Positions 25,618 to 36,794 are shown, counted from the first letter of the stretch. The stretch is 64,000 nucleotides of DNA from Actinomycetota bacterium (GCA_040414855.1 JBEDUQ010000038.1:38749-102748); one strand, 5' to 3'. Notes: generated by a model not told the origin, from the sequence alone. Made by a program: numbers and translations.

Positions 25618-26882
25618 GTGACGTACCGCTCGAAGCCTTCCTCGTCGAACGGGCCGATCACCGCGAGCGAGCGCGGTCCGGTGCCGAGGATCTCCTTGGC
25701 AACGGCGCGGACGTCGTGGTCGCTGACCTCGTCGACCCGGCGGACGATCTCGTCGATCGAGAGGATCTCGCCGCTGGTCAGCTCGGACTTGCCGAGCCGC
25801 GACATGCGGCCCGAGGTGTCCTCGAGCCCGAGCACCAGCGAGCCCTTGAGGTGGCCCTTGCCCCGCTCCAGCTCCTCCTCGGTGAGACCGTCGGCGATCA
25901 CCCGGTCGAGCTCCTCGCTGACGATCGAGAGCACCTCGTGGACCCGCTTGGGCGCGGTGCCCGCATAGATCGAGAACGACCCGGTCTCGGTGTATTGCGT
26001 CGCATACGAGTAGATCGAGTAGACCAGCCCGCGCTGCTCCCTGACCTCCTGGAACAGCCGCGAGCTCATGCCGCCGCCGAAGGCGATGTTGAGCACGCCG
26101 AGCGCGAAGCGGCGCGGGTCCGACCGGGACAGCCCGCGGGTCCCGAGCACCACGTGGGCCTGCTCGGTGGGCTTGTGCCGCACCTGAACGCCGCCGTAGA
26201 TGCGGGGCTCCTTGCGTGCCGCCGCCGGCTCGAGCCGGCCGCCCTCGGCGCCGTCGAACGCGGCGCCGACCAGCTCGACGACCTCGTCGTGCGAGCAGTT
26301 CCCGGCCGCCGCGACCACCAGGTTGCCGGGCACGTAGTGGCGCCTCCAGTAGCGCGCCACGGCGTCGCGGCTCATGCCGGTGATCGAGTCGACCGTGCCG
26401 AGCACGGGCCTGCCGAGCGGATGGCCGCCGAGCAGTACCTCCGCGAACAGGTCGTGGACGATGTCGTCGGGCGCGTCGTTGTGCATCCCGATCTCTTCGA
26501 GGATGACCGTGCGCTCGGCCTCGACGTCGGCCTTGGCGATCTTGGAGTCGCGCAGCATGTCGACCAGCACGTCCACCGCCAGCGGCAGGTCGCGGTCGAG
26601 CGTCCGCGCGTAGAAGCAGGTGTACTCCTTGGCGGTGAAGGCGTTGGTCTCACCGCCGACCGCGTCCATCACCTCGGCGATGTCCCTGGCCGTCCGGCGC
26701 TTGGTGCCCTTGAACAGCAGATGCTCGAGGTAATGCGAAGCGCCGGCCAGGCGTGGGGTCTCGTCGCGAGACCCCACGCCGGTCCAGATCCCGAGCGCGG
26801 CCGAGCGGACCGTCGGCATGCGCTCCGTCAGGATCCGCAGGCCGCTCGGCAGCTCGGTGCGCTCGTAGGTGCCGGTCTCCAT
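25614..26882 (-). CDS. pepR: M16-family zinc peptidase (PepR-like)
   Basis: 422 aa with the inverted zinc motif HYLEHLLFKGT (HxxEH). Sits directly downstream of pnp, as in other actinobacteria. Confidence 0.9.
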   Translation of the reverse strand: METGTYERTELPSGLRILTERMPTVRSAALGIWTGVGSRDETPRLAGASHYLEHLLFKGTKRRTARDIAEVMDAVGGETNAFTAKEYTCFYARTLDRDLPLAVDVLVDMLRDSKIAKADVEAERTVILEEIGMHNDAPDDIVHDLFAEVLLGGHPLGRPVLGTVDSITGMSRDAVARYWRRHYVPGNLVVAAAGNCSHDEVVELVGAAFDGAEGGRLEPAAARKEPRIYGGVQVRHKPTEQAHVVLGTRGLSRSDPRRFALGVLNIAFGGGMSSRLFQEVREQRGLVYSIYSYATQYTETGSFSIYAGTAPKRVHEVLSIVSEELDRVIADGLTEEELERGKGHLKGSLVLGLEDTSGRMSRLGKSELTSGEILSIDEIVRRVDEVSDHDVRAVAKEILGTGPRSLAVIGPFDEEGFERYVT

Positions 26883-26886
26883 CCGC

Positions 26887-29109
26887 TCAGCGGCCTCCGT
26901 CGTCGTCGCCGCCCTCGCCGGAGGCGCTGGACGCCGCGGTCTGGGTGGTCTCGCCCTGGTCCTCGTCGGCCAGCTTCAGCGAGATGCGACCCTGACGGTC
27001 GACCTCGGTGACCTCGACGAGCACCTTGTCGCCGACGTTGACCACGTCCTCGACCGCGCGCACCCGCTGGCCCTTCTTGCCCAGCTTGGAGATGTGCAGC
27101 AGGCCGTCCTTGCCCGGTGTGAGCGACACGAAGGCGCCGAAGGTGGTGGTCTTGACGACCGTGCCGAGGTAGCGCTCGCCGACCTGCGGCATGACCGGGT
27201 TCATCTGCTCCCGGATCATGCGCAGCGCGGTCTCGAGCTGCTGGCCGTCGGTGGCGCCGATGAACACGCGCCCGTCGTCCTCGATCGAGATCTCGGCGCC
27301 CGAGGTGGACTGGATCTCGTTGATCCGCTTGCCCTTGGGGCCGATCAGCTCGCCGATCTTGGCGACCGGGATCTGCTCGATGTGGACCCGCGGGGCGAGC
27401 ATCGAGATCTGGTCGCGCGGGTGGTCGATCGCCTGCTGGATCACGTCGAGGATCACCATGCGGGCGTCGCGCGCCTGGGTCAGCGCGTTGATCAGGACCT
27501 CGCTCGGGATGCCGGTGAGCTTGGTGTCGAGCTGGAGCGCGGTGACGAACTCACGGGTGCCCGCTACCTTGAAGTCCATGTCGCCGTAGGCATCCTCGGC
27601 GCCGAGGATGTCGGTCAGGGTGACGTACTCACCACCCTCGGCGACCAGCCCCATGGCGATGCCACCGACCGGCGCCTTGATCGGCACGCCCGAGTCCATC
27701 AGCGACAGCGTCGACGCGCAGACCGAGGCCATCGAGGTCGAGCCGTTGGACGACAGCACCTCGCTGACCAGCCGCAGCGTGTAGGGGAAGTCCTCGCGGG
27801 AGGGGATCACCGGCAGCAGCGCCCGCTCGGCGAGCGCGCCGTGACCGATCTCGCGGCGCTTGGGGCCGCGCATGAACCCGGTCTCGCCGGTCGAGAACGG
27901 TGGGAAGTTGTAGTGGTGGATGTAGCGCTTGCGGTCCTCGGGGTCGAGCGTGTCGATGATCTGCTCCATGCGGACCATGCCCAGGGTGGTGATGTTCAGC
28001 ACCTGGGTCTCGCCCCGCTGGAACAGCCCCGAGCCGTGGGCGCGGGGCAGGATGCCGACCTCGGCGGACAGCGGGCGGATGTCGCGCGGGCCGCGCCCGT
28101 CGATCCGCTTGCTCTCCTTGACGATGCGCTGGCGCACCAGCTCCTTGGTCAGCGACCGGAACGCGGCCGGGAGCTCGCGCTCGCGCCCGGCGATCGCCTC
28201 GCCCAGCTCCTCGGTGACCCGCTCGACGGTCTCGGCCTTGAGCTCGTCGAGCAGCGCCTCACGCTCGGCCTTGTCGGCGATGGTGATCGCCTCGCGGACC
28301 CGCTCCTCGGCCACCCGGCGGACGGCCTCGGCGACCTCGTCGCCGTACTCGGAGAACAGCGGGAACTCGCGCTGCTGGCTGCCGGCCTGGCGGAGCAGCT
28401 CGCGCTGGAGCTCGCAGGCGGTGGCGATGTGCGGCTTGGCCAGCTCGAGCGCGAGGCCGATAGCCTCCTCGCTCGGCTTGGGAGCGCCGTCCTCCATCAG
28501 GCGGATGGCGTTCTCGGTCGCCTCGGCCTCGACCATGAGGATGTCGACCGAGCCGGCGTCGTTCTGCCGGCCGGCGACGACCATATCGAAGCTGCACTCT
28601 TCCAGCTCCTGGAAGGTGGGGTTGACGATCCACTCGCCGCCGCGGCGGCCGAGGCGGACGCCCCCGACCGGCCCGGAGAACGGGATCCCCGCCAGCATCA
28701 CAGCCATGGAGGCGCCGTTGATCGACAGCACGTCGGGGTTGTTCTCCATGTCGGCGGAGACGATCGTCGCGATCACGTGGATCTCGTTGCGGAGGCCCTT
28801 GGGGAACGACGGCCGCAGGGGCCGGTCCACGAGCCTGGCCGTGAGGATGGCGGTCTCGGATGGACGCCCCTCACGACGGAAGAAACCGCCGGGGATCTTG
28901 CCGGCGGCATACATTCGCTCCTCGATGTCGACCGTGAGCGGGAAGAAGTCGAGCTGCTCCTTCGGGGACTTTCCCGCGGTCGCGGTCACCAGGACCTGGG
29001 TCTCGCCGATTCCGACGATGACCGCGCCGCCGGCCTGATTTGCCAGCTTGCCGGTCTCGAAATACATCTCACGATTGCCGACGGAACCTTGAATACGATG
29101 AACTGCCAT
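26887..29109 (-). CDS. pnp: Polyribonucleotide nucleotidyltransferase (PNPase)
   Basis: 740 aa with two RNase PH domains, KH ([19 protein letters not shown]) and S1 ([20 protein letters not shown]) domains. Confidence 0.97.
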   Translation of the reverse strand: MAVHRIQGSVGNREMYFETGKLANQAGGAVIVGIGETQVLVTATAGKSPKEQLDFFPLTVDIEERMYAAGKIPGGFFRREGRPSETAILTARLVDRPLRPSFPKGLRNEIHVIATIVSADMENNPDVLSINGASMAVMLAGIPFSGPVGGVRLGRRGGEWIVNPTFQELEECSFDMVVAGRQNDAGSVDILMVEAEATENAIRLMEDGAPKPSEEAIGLALELAKPHIATACELQRELLRQAGSQQREFPLFSEYGDEVAEAVRRVAEERVREAITIADKAEREALLDELKAETVERVTEELGEAIAGRERELPAAFRSLTKELVRQRIVKESKRIDGRGPRDIRPLSAEVGILPRAHGSGLFQRGETQVLNITTLGMVRMEQIIDTLDPEDRKRYIHHYNFPPFSTGETGFMRGPKRREIGHGALAERALLPVIPSREDFPYTLRLVSEVLSSNGSTSMASVCASTLSLMDSGVPIKAPVGGIAMGLVAEGGEYVTLTDILGAEDAYGDMDFKVAGTREFVTALQLDTKLTGIPSEVLINALTQARDARMVILDVIQQAIDHPRDQISMLAPRVHIEQIPVAKIGELIGPKGKRINEIQSTSGAEISIEDDGRVFIGATDGQQLETALRMIREQMNPVMPQVGERYLGTVVKTTTFGAFVSLTPGKDGLLHISKLGKKGQRVRAVEDVVNVGDKVLVEVTEVDRQGRISLKLADEDQGETTQTAASSASGEGGDDDGGR

Positions 29110-29490
29110 GAAGTCTTCCTTCTCCTTCTTTCTTGCCGCGCGCGTGGCGCGCGAAATGCCGGTACCCGCCAGTGCGGGTCTTCGGACCCGTCCCGGTCAC
29201 CGCGCGCTTCCCGAAGCGCTTGCTCGGTCGGCCTGCATGGTGCGGGTGGCCGGGGGACGGCACGACGGCGGAGGGAGCGGCATCAGAGACCGGACGGCCA
29301 CCACGCGCCAGTTCCCAGTCGAAAGACCTGGAAGCCAAGCTCCAGGGCTCACCACTGACAACTGACACGACCAGGCTGGCCAACCTCTCCCGCGCGTGCC
29401 GGTCACCATGCCAAGGGCATCACCTTCCCCGCGGCCGCAGCGCTGCGTCGCCTCGCTCCGGCCCGCCCCACACCGCCGGACCCGTCCAGT
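29110..29490 (-). promoter_or_regulatory. 381-nt rpsO-pnp intergenic leader
   Basis: Long non-coding spacer between the rpsO stop and the pnp start. pnp leaders are processing and autoregulation sites in other bacteria. I could not fold it by eye. Confidence 0.35.
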
Positions 29491-29757
29491 TCAGCGGCGC
29501 AGTCCGAGCCGCTCGATCAACGCCCGGTAGCGGGAGACGTCCGTGCTCTGGAGGTATCGGAGCAGCCGGCGGCGGCGGCCAACCATCTGGAGCAGACCGC
29601 GACGCGAGTGGTGGTCATGCTTGTGGACCCGCAGGTGCTCGGTGAGCGTGTTGATCCTGCGCGTCAGGATGGCCACCTGGACCTCGGGCGACCCGGTGTC
29701 GCCCTCTTTGGTCGCGTACTCCGTGATGATCTTGGTCTTCTCGTCCTTGACCAGCAT
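29491..29757 (-). CDS. rpsO: 30S ribosomal protein S15
   Basis: ORF 29491-29826 trimmed to ATG 29757: [56 protein letters not shown]. Confidence 0.95.
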   Translation of the reverse strand: MLVKDEKTKIITEYATKEGDTGSPEVQVAILTRRINTLTEHLRVHKHDHHSRRGLLQMVGRRRRLLRYLQSTDVSRYRALIERLGLRR

Positions 29758-29899
29758 CCGTTTGCCTCTTCCTTTCCGATGCGGATTCTGCCCGGGGGCC
29801 GCGCGATCGGTCGCGCTGTCCCGCATCCCGGGCGGTCGCCGGACCTGAATGGCCCAGCCACCCGCGTAAGGTTAGCACTGTCGTGAATTGCGCCGCGAT

Positions 29900-30892
29900 T
29901 CAGGCGCCGAGCAGCCTCCGGCTGCGGGCGATGTCGTCGCGCATCTGCTCGACCAGCGCCGCAACGTCGGGGAACACCACCTCGTCGCGGAGCCGGTGCT
30001 CGAACCAGACCCGGACCCGCCGGCCGTAGAGGTCGCCGTCGAAATCCAGGACGTGCGTCTCGACCCGGAGCTCCTTGCCGCCGAACTGGGGAATGTCGCC
30101 GACGTTGGACACCGCCGGGAGCGGCGGGCCGAGCACGCCACCGGCGGCACCGGCGCCACCGCCACCGCCGTCGGCCATACTGGTTCTAACCTGCAGGTGA
30201 CCTGCGTAAATTCCCTTCGCGGGCAGCAGCAGCCCCGATGGGACCTCGAGGTTGGCGGTCGGCACGCCGAGCAGCCGGCCCCGCTTGGCGCCGACGGTCA
30301 CGCGCCCCTCGACCGTGAACGGCCGCCCCAGCAGCCGCGACACCGTGTGGACGTCGCCCTCGGCCAGGGCGCTGCGGACCCGGGTCGACGAGATCGCCTC
30401 GCCGGCGTCGGCGTCGAGCCCGAGCGGGACGACCTCGACCCCACGCGGGCCGGCAAGCTCGGCGATCAGGCGGGCGTCGCCGGCCGCCCGGTGGCCGAAG
30501 CGGAAGTTCTCGCCCACCACGATCACCCGCGCCGAGACCGCCTCGATCAGGACCTTGATCGCGAACTCCTCCGCGGCCATCTGGGACAGCTTACGGGTGA
30601 ACGGCAGCACCAGCACGAACTCCATGCCGCAGGACCCGAGCAGCTCGACCCGCTCGCGGAGGGTGGACAGCATCTTGGGGTCGCTCCCCGGCCGGACCAC
30701 CTTGAGCGGGTGCCGGTCGAAGGTGATCGCCCCAGGGACCAGGCCCTTCGACGCCGCCTCGTCGACCACCCGGCGCAGCAGCGCCTGGTGACCACGGTGG
30801 ACGCCATCGAACACGCCGATGGTGACCGCGGTCGGGCCCAGGTCGGCGGGCACCTGGCCGAGGCCGATGTAGGTGCAGGGGCGGGCGGTCAC
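29900..30892 (-). CDS. ribF: Bifunctional riboflavin kinase / FMN adenylyltransferase
   Basis: 330 aa: VTIGVFDGVHRGHQALL (FAD synthetase) and a C-terminal riboflavin kinase (GFPTAN-like GVPTANL, ...ETHVLDFDGDLYG). The GTG start overlaps the truB stop (GTGA). Confidence 0.92.
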   Translation of the reverse strand: MTARPCTYIGLGQVPADLGPTAVTIGVFDGVHRGHQALLRRVVDEAASKGLVPGAITFDRHPLKVVRPGSDPKMLSTLRERVELLGSCGMEFVLVLPFTRKLSQMAAEEFAIKVLIEAVSARVIVVGENFRFGHRAAGDARLIAELAGPRGVEVVPLGLDADAGEAISSTRVRSALAEGDVHTVSRLLGRPFTVEGRVTVGAKRGRLLGVPTANLEVPSGLLLPAKGIYAGHLQVRTSMADGGGGGAGAAGGVLGPPLPAVSNVGDIPQFGGKELRVETHVLDFDGDLYGRRVRVWFEHRLRDEVVFPDVAALVEQMRDDIARSRRLLGA

Positions 30893-31767
30893 CCGAGCAC
30901 GACCTTTGGGCGGGCGCGTCCGTCGCCGTCCTGGATGACCGCGACCAGCCGGCCGTCCGGCCCGACCGCCGCGACCGGGTCGCCGACGCCGCTCGGGCCG
31001 AGGCTCTGGCCGGTCGACAGCGCCGCGGCCTCGCGCTCGCTGAGCGCGCGGACCGACACCGACCGCATCGCAGCGGCCGGGTCGATCAGCACGCTGTCGA
31101 GGTTCGGCATCGCCTCCAGCTCGCGGAGGGTGTGCGCCTCCCGCTCGGTGAAGGCGCCGACCTCGGTGCGGCGCAGGTTGGCCAGATGCGCAAGCGTGTC
31201 GAGCGCCCTGCCGACGTCGGCGGCGAGCACGCGGACGTAGGTGCCGCCCGAGCAGGTCACCGAGACCGTTGCCAGCGGGTGCGGTCCCGGCTGGAAGCCC
31301 AGCAGCTCCAGGGCCTGGATGGTGATCGGGCGCGGCTCGCGCTCGACGGTCTCGCCCCGGCGGGCCTTGGCGTAGAGGCGCTCGCCGCCCTGCTTGAGGG
31401 CGGAGACCATCGGCGGGATCTGGCGCTGCGGGCCGAGGAACCGCTCCAGGACGCTCCGCAACGACCGCTCGTCGACGCCGTCGGCCGGTGCGGTCGCGGT
31501 GACCGTGCCGGCGGCGTCGAGCGTGTCGGTCTCGGCGCCGAAGGCGATCTCGGCGACGTAGCGCTTCGGCTCCATCGGCAGGAACGGGAGCAGCCTGGTC
31601 GCGCGGCCTAGCGCGATCACCAGCACGCCGGTGGCCGGCGGGTCGAGGGTCCCGCCGTGCCCGACCCGCCGCTGGCGGGCGAGCCGGCGAATCTTGGCGA
31701 CCACGTCGTGCGAGGTCATCCCGGCCGGCTTGTCGCAGACGAGGACCCCATCGAGCACATCGCTCAC
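30889..31767 (-). CDS. truB: tRNA pseudouridine(55) synthase
   Basis: ORF 30889-32145 trimmed to GTG 31767 (VSDVLDGVLVCDKPAGMTSHDVVAKIRRL...GHGGTLDPPATGVLVIALG, catalytic Asp motif). The start overlaps the nrnA stop (GTGA). Confidence 0.9.
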   Translation of the reverse strand: MSDVLDGVLVCDKPAGMTSHDVVAKIRRLARQRRVGHGGTLDPPATGVLVIALGRATRLLPFLPMEPKRYVAEIAFGAETDTLDAAGTVTATAPADGVDERSLRSVLERFLGPQRQIPPMVSALKQGGERLYAKARRGETVEREPRPITIQALELLGFQPGPHPLATVSVTCSGGTYVRVLAADVGRALDTLAHLANLRRTEVGAFTEREAHTLRELEAMPNLDSVLIDPAAAMRSVSVRALSEREAAALSTGQSLGPSGVGDPVAAVGPDGRLVAVIQDGDGRARPKVVLG

Positions 31768-32828
31768 CGTCTGGAGGCCACCTCGCTCTGGGCGGTCTGG
31801 CGCTCGTCGGCGGTGGCGCCGGTCGCCGCGGCGCCTTCGCCGTTGGCGGCGGCGCGCTGCTCGGCCAGGGCGGCGACGATCTGGGCGACGGTGTCGGCGG
31901 CGTTCCGCCGCGAGGTGAACCCGGAGGCGAGCGCGTGCCCGCCCCCGCCGAAGCGGCCGGCGACCTGGGCGACGTTGGTCGCGCCCTTGGACCGCAGCGA
32001 CACCTTGAAGCCGCCCTCGGGCTGCTCCTTGAGGACGGCGGCGACGTCGCTGGCGCCGTCGGTGCGGACCACGTCGATCAGCCCCTCGGTCGCGTCCATG
32101 CCGATGCCGTGGGCGTCGAGGTCGTCGCGGGTCACGACGGCCCACACCAGCGAGACCTCGGGCACCTGGGTGATCCGACCGAGCACCTCGCCGAGCAGCC
32201 GCAGGTAGCGGATGTCGTTGGTCTCGAAGACCGCCTTGGAGACGTCGTACTGCCTGACCCCGGCGGCCAGCAGCTCTGCTGCCAGCTCGTGCGTCTCAGG
32301 CACGGTCGACTGGTACTGGAAGCGGCCGGTGTCGGTCACCAGCGCGGTGTAGAGGTCGGTGGCGATCTCCGCATCCAGCGGCAGGCCGAGACGGCGCAGC
32401 AGCTCGCGGCAGAGCACGGCGCTGGCCGGCGCGGCCGGGTCGATCAGGTTGATGTCACCGAAGCTGTCGTTGGAGCCGTGGTGGTCGACCACCAGGGTCC
32501 GCTTGGCGCGCTTGAAGGTCCCGGCGAGGCTGCCGAGCCGGTCGACGGAGCCGGTGTCGAAGCAGACCAGCAGCTCGGGCTCGGGGGGCACCTGGCCGGG
32601 CGGGGTCAGCCGCTCGACCCCGGGCAGGAACCGATACTGGGGCGCGACCTCGAACGGCTGCGAGAAGCTGACCACGGCGGAGCGGCCGGCTTTGACCAGC
32701 GCGCCGTGCAGCGCCAGCGCCGAGCCGAGCGCGTCGCCATCCGGGTGGAGATGGCAGGTGATCACCACCTGGCCGGCGGCGTCGATCGCGTCGACCGCTG
32801 CCTGCCAGTCCCGCTCGGCGATGGTCAT
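31764..32828 (-). CDS. nrnA: DHH/DHHA1 phosphoesterase (NrnA-like oligoribonuclease/pAp phosphatase)
   Basis: ORF trimmed to ATG 32828: MTIAERDWQAAVDAIDAAGQVVITCHLHPDGDALGSALAL, ...VVDHHGSN (DHH motif), ...GGGHALASG (DHHA1 GGGH motif). Confidence 0.85.
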   Translation of the reverse strand: MTIAERDWQAAVDAIDAAGQVVITCHLHPDGDALGSALALHGALVKAGRSAVVSFSQPFEVAPQYRFLPGVERLTPPGQVPPEPELLVCFDTGSVDRLGSLAGTFKRAKRTLVVDHHGSNDSFGDINLIDPAAPASAVLCRELLRRLGLPLDAEIATDLYTALVTDTGRFQYQSTVPETHELAAELLAAGVRQYDVSKAVFETNDIRYLRLLGEVLGRITQVPEVSLVWAVVTRDDLDAHGIGMDATEGLIDVVRTDGASDVAAVLKEQPEGGFKVSLRSKGATNVAQVAGRFGGGGHALASGFTSRRNAADTVAQIVAALAEQRAAANGEGAAATGATADERQTAQSEVASRR

Positions 32829-33244
32829 GAGCCCTGTTCCTCGTCCCTTGGGTCGCTGCTCCCTCCGGTCGCCTCGGAGCCGTCGGGCTCCTTGGCGTCG
32901 ATCTCGTCCAGGAGCTGGTCGATCCGTGCGCCGCGGGCGGGGAGGTCGTCCGACACGAATTCTAGCGTCGGGGCGTGACGGAGCCGCACGTGGTGCGCCA
33001 CGTAGGCGCGCGCTCTCGGGGTCGACTCGGCCAGCCGCGCCTGCGCCAGGGCGCGCTCGTCGTCGGCGCCGAGCACGGTGTAGAAGACGGTCGCGCGGTG
33101 CAGGTCGGCGGTGACCTGGACGTCCGTCACCGTCACCAGGGCGGGCTGGCGCTCCTCGATCTGCTCCTCCTCGAGCCACTCGCTGACCAGCCGCCTGAGC
33201 GTCTCGGCCAGGCGTCGCGAGCGTGGATAGCTGGGATTGGCCAT
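32825..33244 (-). CDS. rbfA: Ribosome-binding factor A
   Basis: ORF trimmed to ATG 33244: MANPSYPRSRRLAETLRRLVSEWLE...VTVTDVQVTADLHRATVFYTVLG. Its stop overlaps the nrnA start (ATGA). Confidence 0.9.
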   Translation of the reverse strand: MANPSYPRSRRLAETLRRLVSEWLEEEQIEERQPALVTVTDVQVTADLHRATVFYTVLGADDERALAQARLAESTPRARAYVAHHVRLRHAPTLEFVSDDLPARGARIDQLLDEIDAKEPDGSEATGGSSDPRDEEQGS

Positions 33245-33246
33245 GG

Positions 33247-33540
33247 CTACTCGTCCTCCGGCCCATACATCGAGATGTGGCTGGACAGCAGCTCCACCCC
33301 CGGCGTGCGCTCGACCTCGCGCTCCGCGCTGACCAGCACCTTGCGGGCGTGGAAGCCCTCCGCCGAGACCGCCGCCACCGCCAGCGTGGCGCGCTGCCGC
33401 AGCTCCTGGTGCTCGACCTCGGCCACGGAGCAGTTCAGCCGTCGAAGACCTGCAACCAGGCTCTTGACCGTCGAGCGCTTGTCCTTCAACGACGTGGCGT
33501 CGGGAAGGCGCAGGTCGACTCGGAGCAATGCGACGAACAT
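33247..33540 (-). CDS. DUF503 (YlxP-like) protein
   Basis: 97 aa from ATG 33540: MFVALLRVDLRLPDATSLKDKRSTVKSLVAGLRRL. Conserved position between infB and rbfA. Confidence 0.8.
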   Translation of the reverse strand: MFVALLRVDLRLPDATSLKDKRSTVKSLVAGLRRLNCSVAEVEHQELRQRATLAVAAVSAEGFHARKVLVSAEREVERTPGVELLSSHISMYGPEDE

Positions 33541-33683
33541 GGGCTGAGTACACGGGTCGGGGACGGGACGATTCCTCGGCGCGGACGGCGCCGGGCCCAG
33601 AGCCGGGCCCGGCCCCGCCACGTTCGTGGATCCTGGCGCCGGCGGGCGGGGTCGCTTGACCGGGCCCGCGGCGCCACCCCGGG

Positions 33684-36600
33684 TCAGCGGGGAATCTCCA
33701 CCATCTCGTAGTCCTCGATCTGGTCGCCTTCGTGGATGTCCTGGAAGTTCTCCAGGCCGATGCCGCACTCGAAGCCGGTCGCGACCACCCGCGCGTCCTC
33801 CTTGAAGCGGCGGAGGGAGTCGATGCGCCCCTCGTACACGACCACACCGTCGCGGATCAGCCTGGCCCTCGCGCCACGCTGGATCTCGCCGTTGGTGACG
33901 TAGGAGCCGGCCACCACGCCGACGCGCGGCACGCGGAAGGTCTGGCGCACCTCGGCGGTGCCGAGCTGCCGCTCTTCGAACTCCGGCGCGAGCATCCCCT
34001 TCAGCGCCCGGTCGATGTCCTCGACGAGCTGGTAGATGACCGAGTACAGGCGGATGTCCACACCCTCGCGGTCGGCCAGCTCGCGAGCCGCCGGCGACGG
34101 GCGGACGGCGAAGCCGACCACGATCGCGCCGGCGGTCGCGGCCAGGCTGACGTCGCCCTCGGTGATCCCGCCGGCCGCCTTGTGCAGCACCCGCAGGCGC
34201 ACCTCGGGCACCTTGAGGTTGTTCAGGGCGTCGTCGATCGCCTCGACCGAGCCCATCATGTCCGCCTTGATGACCAGCGGCAGCTCCTGGAGCTGGCCCT
34301 CGCTGATCCTGGCGAACAGGTCCTCCAGGCGTGGCGCCCTGGTGGTGGCGATGTCGGCCTGGCGCTGGCGCGCCTCGCGGGTCTGGGAGATCGAGCGGGC
34401 GACCCGCTCGTCGGTGACCGCGCGGACCTCGTCGCCCGCGATCGGGACGCTGGAGAGACCGAGCACCTGGACCGGCTGCGCCGGCAGGGCCGCGGTGACC
34501 TCCTTGCCGTTCTCGTCGTACATGTTGCGGACGCGCCCGAAGGCCGTGCCCGCCACGATCGCGTCGCCGACGTGCAGCGTGCCGCGCCGGACCAGGATGG
34601 TCGCGACCGGGCCGCGGCCCTTGTCGAGGTGCGACTCGATGATCGAGCCCTGCGCGCGCCGGTTCGGGTTGGCGCGCAGGTTCAGCTCGACGTCGGCGAC
34701 CAGCAGCACGGTCTCGACCAGCTCGTCGAGGCCGATCTCGCTCTTGGCCGAGACGTCGACGAACTGGGTCTTGCCGCCGTACTCCTCGGCCACCAGGTCG
34801 TACTCGGTGAGCTGCTGCCGCACCCTGATGCGGTTGGCCTCGGGCTTGTCGATCTTGTTGACCGCCACCACGATCGGCACGCCGGCCGCCTTGGCGTGGT
34901 TCACCGCCTCGACGGTCTGCGGCATCACGCCGTCGTCGGCGGCGACCACCAGCACGACCACGTCGGTGATCGCGGCGCCGCGCGCGCGCATCGCCGTGAA
35001 GGCCTCGTGGCCCGGGGTGTCGATGAAGGTCACCAGCCGGCCGTCGGCGCCCGCCTTCACCTGGTAGGCACCGATGTGCTGGGTGATCCCGCCAGCCTCG
35101 GTCGCGACCACGTTGGTGCGCCGGATGGCGTCGAGCAGCTTGGTCTTTCCGTGGTCGACGTGACCCATCACGGTGACCACCGGCGGCCGCGGACGGAGGT
35201 CCTCGTCGCGGTCGGGCTCGTTGTCCTCCCAGCCCTCGATCGCGGCGAGCTGGTCGGCATCGGCCGGGTCGACGATCTCGATGCGGGCGCCGATCTCCTC
35301 GCCGAGGAGCGCGACGGCGTCGTCCGACATCGACTGGGTCGCCGTCAGCATCTCGCCCATCTGCATCAGGATGCGGATGAGGTCGGCCGCCGGACGGCCG
35401 AGCCGGTCGGCGAAGTCCTGCACGGTGACGCCGCGAGGCACGCGGATCACGCCGTCGACCGAGATGTCCGGCCGCGACTCGATGCTCGGGGCGTTCATGT
35501 TCTCGAACTCCTCGCGACGCCTCGCGCCCCTCCGCCGCTTCGGGCGCGGGCCGCGGAAACCGCCGAAGCCCCGGCCGCCCGGGCCACCGCCCGGACCGCC
35601 ACGGCCGCCTCCGGGACCGCCGGGTCGGCCACCGCCCCCTCCGGGGCGTCCACCGACGCCACCGGGACGACCGCCGCCGCCGGCACCACCCGGACGACCA
35701 CCCGCACCCGCGGGACGGCCACCGCCGCCGGGACCTGCCGGACGCCCGCCGGCACCCGGACCACCCGGACGACCACCGGCACCGGGACCACCCGGACCAC
35801 CCGGACGGCCACCGGCACCCGGGCCTCCGGGACGGCCGCCGCCGGCCGCGCCGGCGCCACCGGGACGGCCACCGCCGTAGCCGCCCCCGGGACGGCCACC
35901 GCCGCCCGGACCACCGGGACCGCCTGGACGGCCACCGCCGCCCGGACCGCCTGGGCGGCCCTGTCCAGCTGGACCGCCGGGACGGCCCTGGCCGGCGCCC
36001 TGGCCAGGACGCTGGCCCATGCCGGGACGGCCGCCGGGACCCGCGCCGGGCTGGCCCGGCCGGCCGCCCGCGGGTCGCGCTCCGGGCGGAAGCGGACGGC
36101 CCTGCCCCGGCGCTCCGGGACGGCCGGGTACACCACCCGGACGGGCACCGGGCGGCAGCGGACGCACGCCGGGCGGAAGCTGACGAGGCGGCTGGCCAGG
36201 CTGACCCGGCCGCGCCGGACGCATGCCAGGCGGCAGCGGACGCACGCCGGGCGGGAGCTGACGACCCTGGCCGGGCTGGCCGGACTGACCGGGACGCGGC
36301 TGGCCGGGCTGACCCGGCCGCATCTGGCCAGGCTGACCCGGGCGAGGCTGACCGGGCTGACCCGGACGTGCCTGGCCAGGCTGGCCTGGACGCGCCTGAC
36401 CGGGCTGCGGCGGTCGCGCCTGACCGGGGCCGGCCCTGCCGGCCTGCGCGGGGCGCTGCTCCTGGTCACCGGGCCGGGCCTGCCCCGGCTGGCCGGGGCT
36501 CTCCAGTCCCGGCCGGCTGGCGCGGGTCTGCCCCGGCTGGCCACTCTGGGCGCCGCTGGGCTGACGGGTGCCGCCGTCGGCGGACTCGCCGCGGGCGGCT

Positions 36601-36794
36601 CCGCCCGATCCGGCACCAGACCGCTGTCGTGTGCCGCCAGGTCGGATCGCTGAACGCAGCTTGTCCGCAACGTCTGGCGACACGGTCGAGGCATGGCTCT
36701 TCGCCTCCACACCCATGGAGGTCAGCCTCGACAGGAGGTCCTTGGACGGGACCCCGAGTTCTTTGGCGAGTTCATAGACGCGCGGATTGCTCAA
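33684..36794 (-). CDS. infB: Translation initiation factor IF-2
   Basis: 1036 aa. TTG start overlaps the ylxR stop (TTGA). [15 protein letters not shown], a Pro/Gly/Arg/Gln-rich region of about 400 aa, then the G domain (VTVMGHVDHGKTKLLD, DTPGHEAF, NKIDK). Confidence 0.97.
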   Translation of the reverse strand: MSNPRVYELAKELGVPSKDLLSRLTSMGVEAKSHASTVSPDVADKLRSAIRPGGTRQRSGAGSGGAARGESADGGTRQPSGAQSGQPGQTRASRPGLESPGQPGQARPGDQEQRPAQAGRAGPGQARPPQPGQARPGQPGQARPGQPGQPRPGQPGQMRPGQPGQPRPGQSGQPGQGRQLPPGVRPLPPGMRPARPGQPGQPPRQLPPGVRPLPPGARPGGVPGRPGAPGQGRPLPPGARPAGGRPGQPGAGPGGRPGMGQRPGQGAGQGRPGGPAGQGRPGGPGGGGRPGGPGGPGGGGRPGGGYGGGRPGGAGAAGGGRPGGPGAGGRPGGPGGPGAGGRPGGPGAGGRPAGPGGGGRPAGAGGRPGGAGGGGRPGGVGGRPGGGGGRPGGPGGGRGGPGGGPGGRGFGGFRGPRPKRRRGARRREEFENMNAPSIESRPDISVDGVIRVPRGVTVQDFADRLGRPAADLIRILMQMGEMLTATQSMSDDAVALLGEEIGARIEIVDPADADQLAAIEGWEDNEPDRDEDLRPRPPVVTVMGHVDHGKTKLLDAIRRTNVVATEAGGITQHIGAYQVKAGADGRLVTFIDTPGHEAFTAMRARGAAITDVVVLVVAADDGVMPQTVEAVNHAKAAGVPIVVAVNKIDKPEANRIRVRQQLTEYDLVAEEYGGKTQFVDVSAKSEIGLDELVETVLLVADVELNLRANPNRRAQGSIIESHLDKGRGPVATILVRRGTLHVGDAIVAGTAFGRVRNMYDENGKEVTAALPAQPVQVLGLSSVPIAGDEVRAVTDERVARSISQTREARQRQADIATTRAPRLEDLFARISEGQLQELPLVIKADMMGSVEAIDDALNNLKVPEVRLRVLHKAAGGITEGDVSLAATAGAIVVGFAVRPSPAARELADREGVDIRLYSVIYQLVEDIDRALKGMLAPEFEERQLGTAEVRQTFRVPRVGVVAGSYVTNGEIQRGARARLIRDGVVVYEGRIDSLRRFKEDARVVATGFECGIGLENFQDIHEGDQIEDYEMVEIPR

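Noticed and set aside
33732-36712. 973-aa plus-strand ORF and 405-aa minus-strand ORF over infB, and the Pro/Gly-rich repeat DNA at about 35500-36500 as a possible PE-PGRS/collagen-like gene
   Set aside because: The region is the well-known low-complexity N-terminal segment of actinobacterial IF-2, read in the infB frame. The other frames are shadows.
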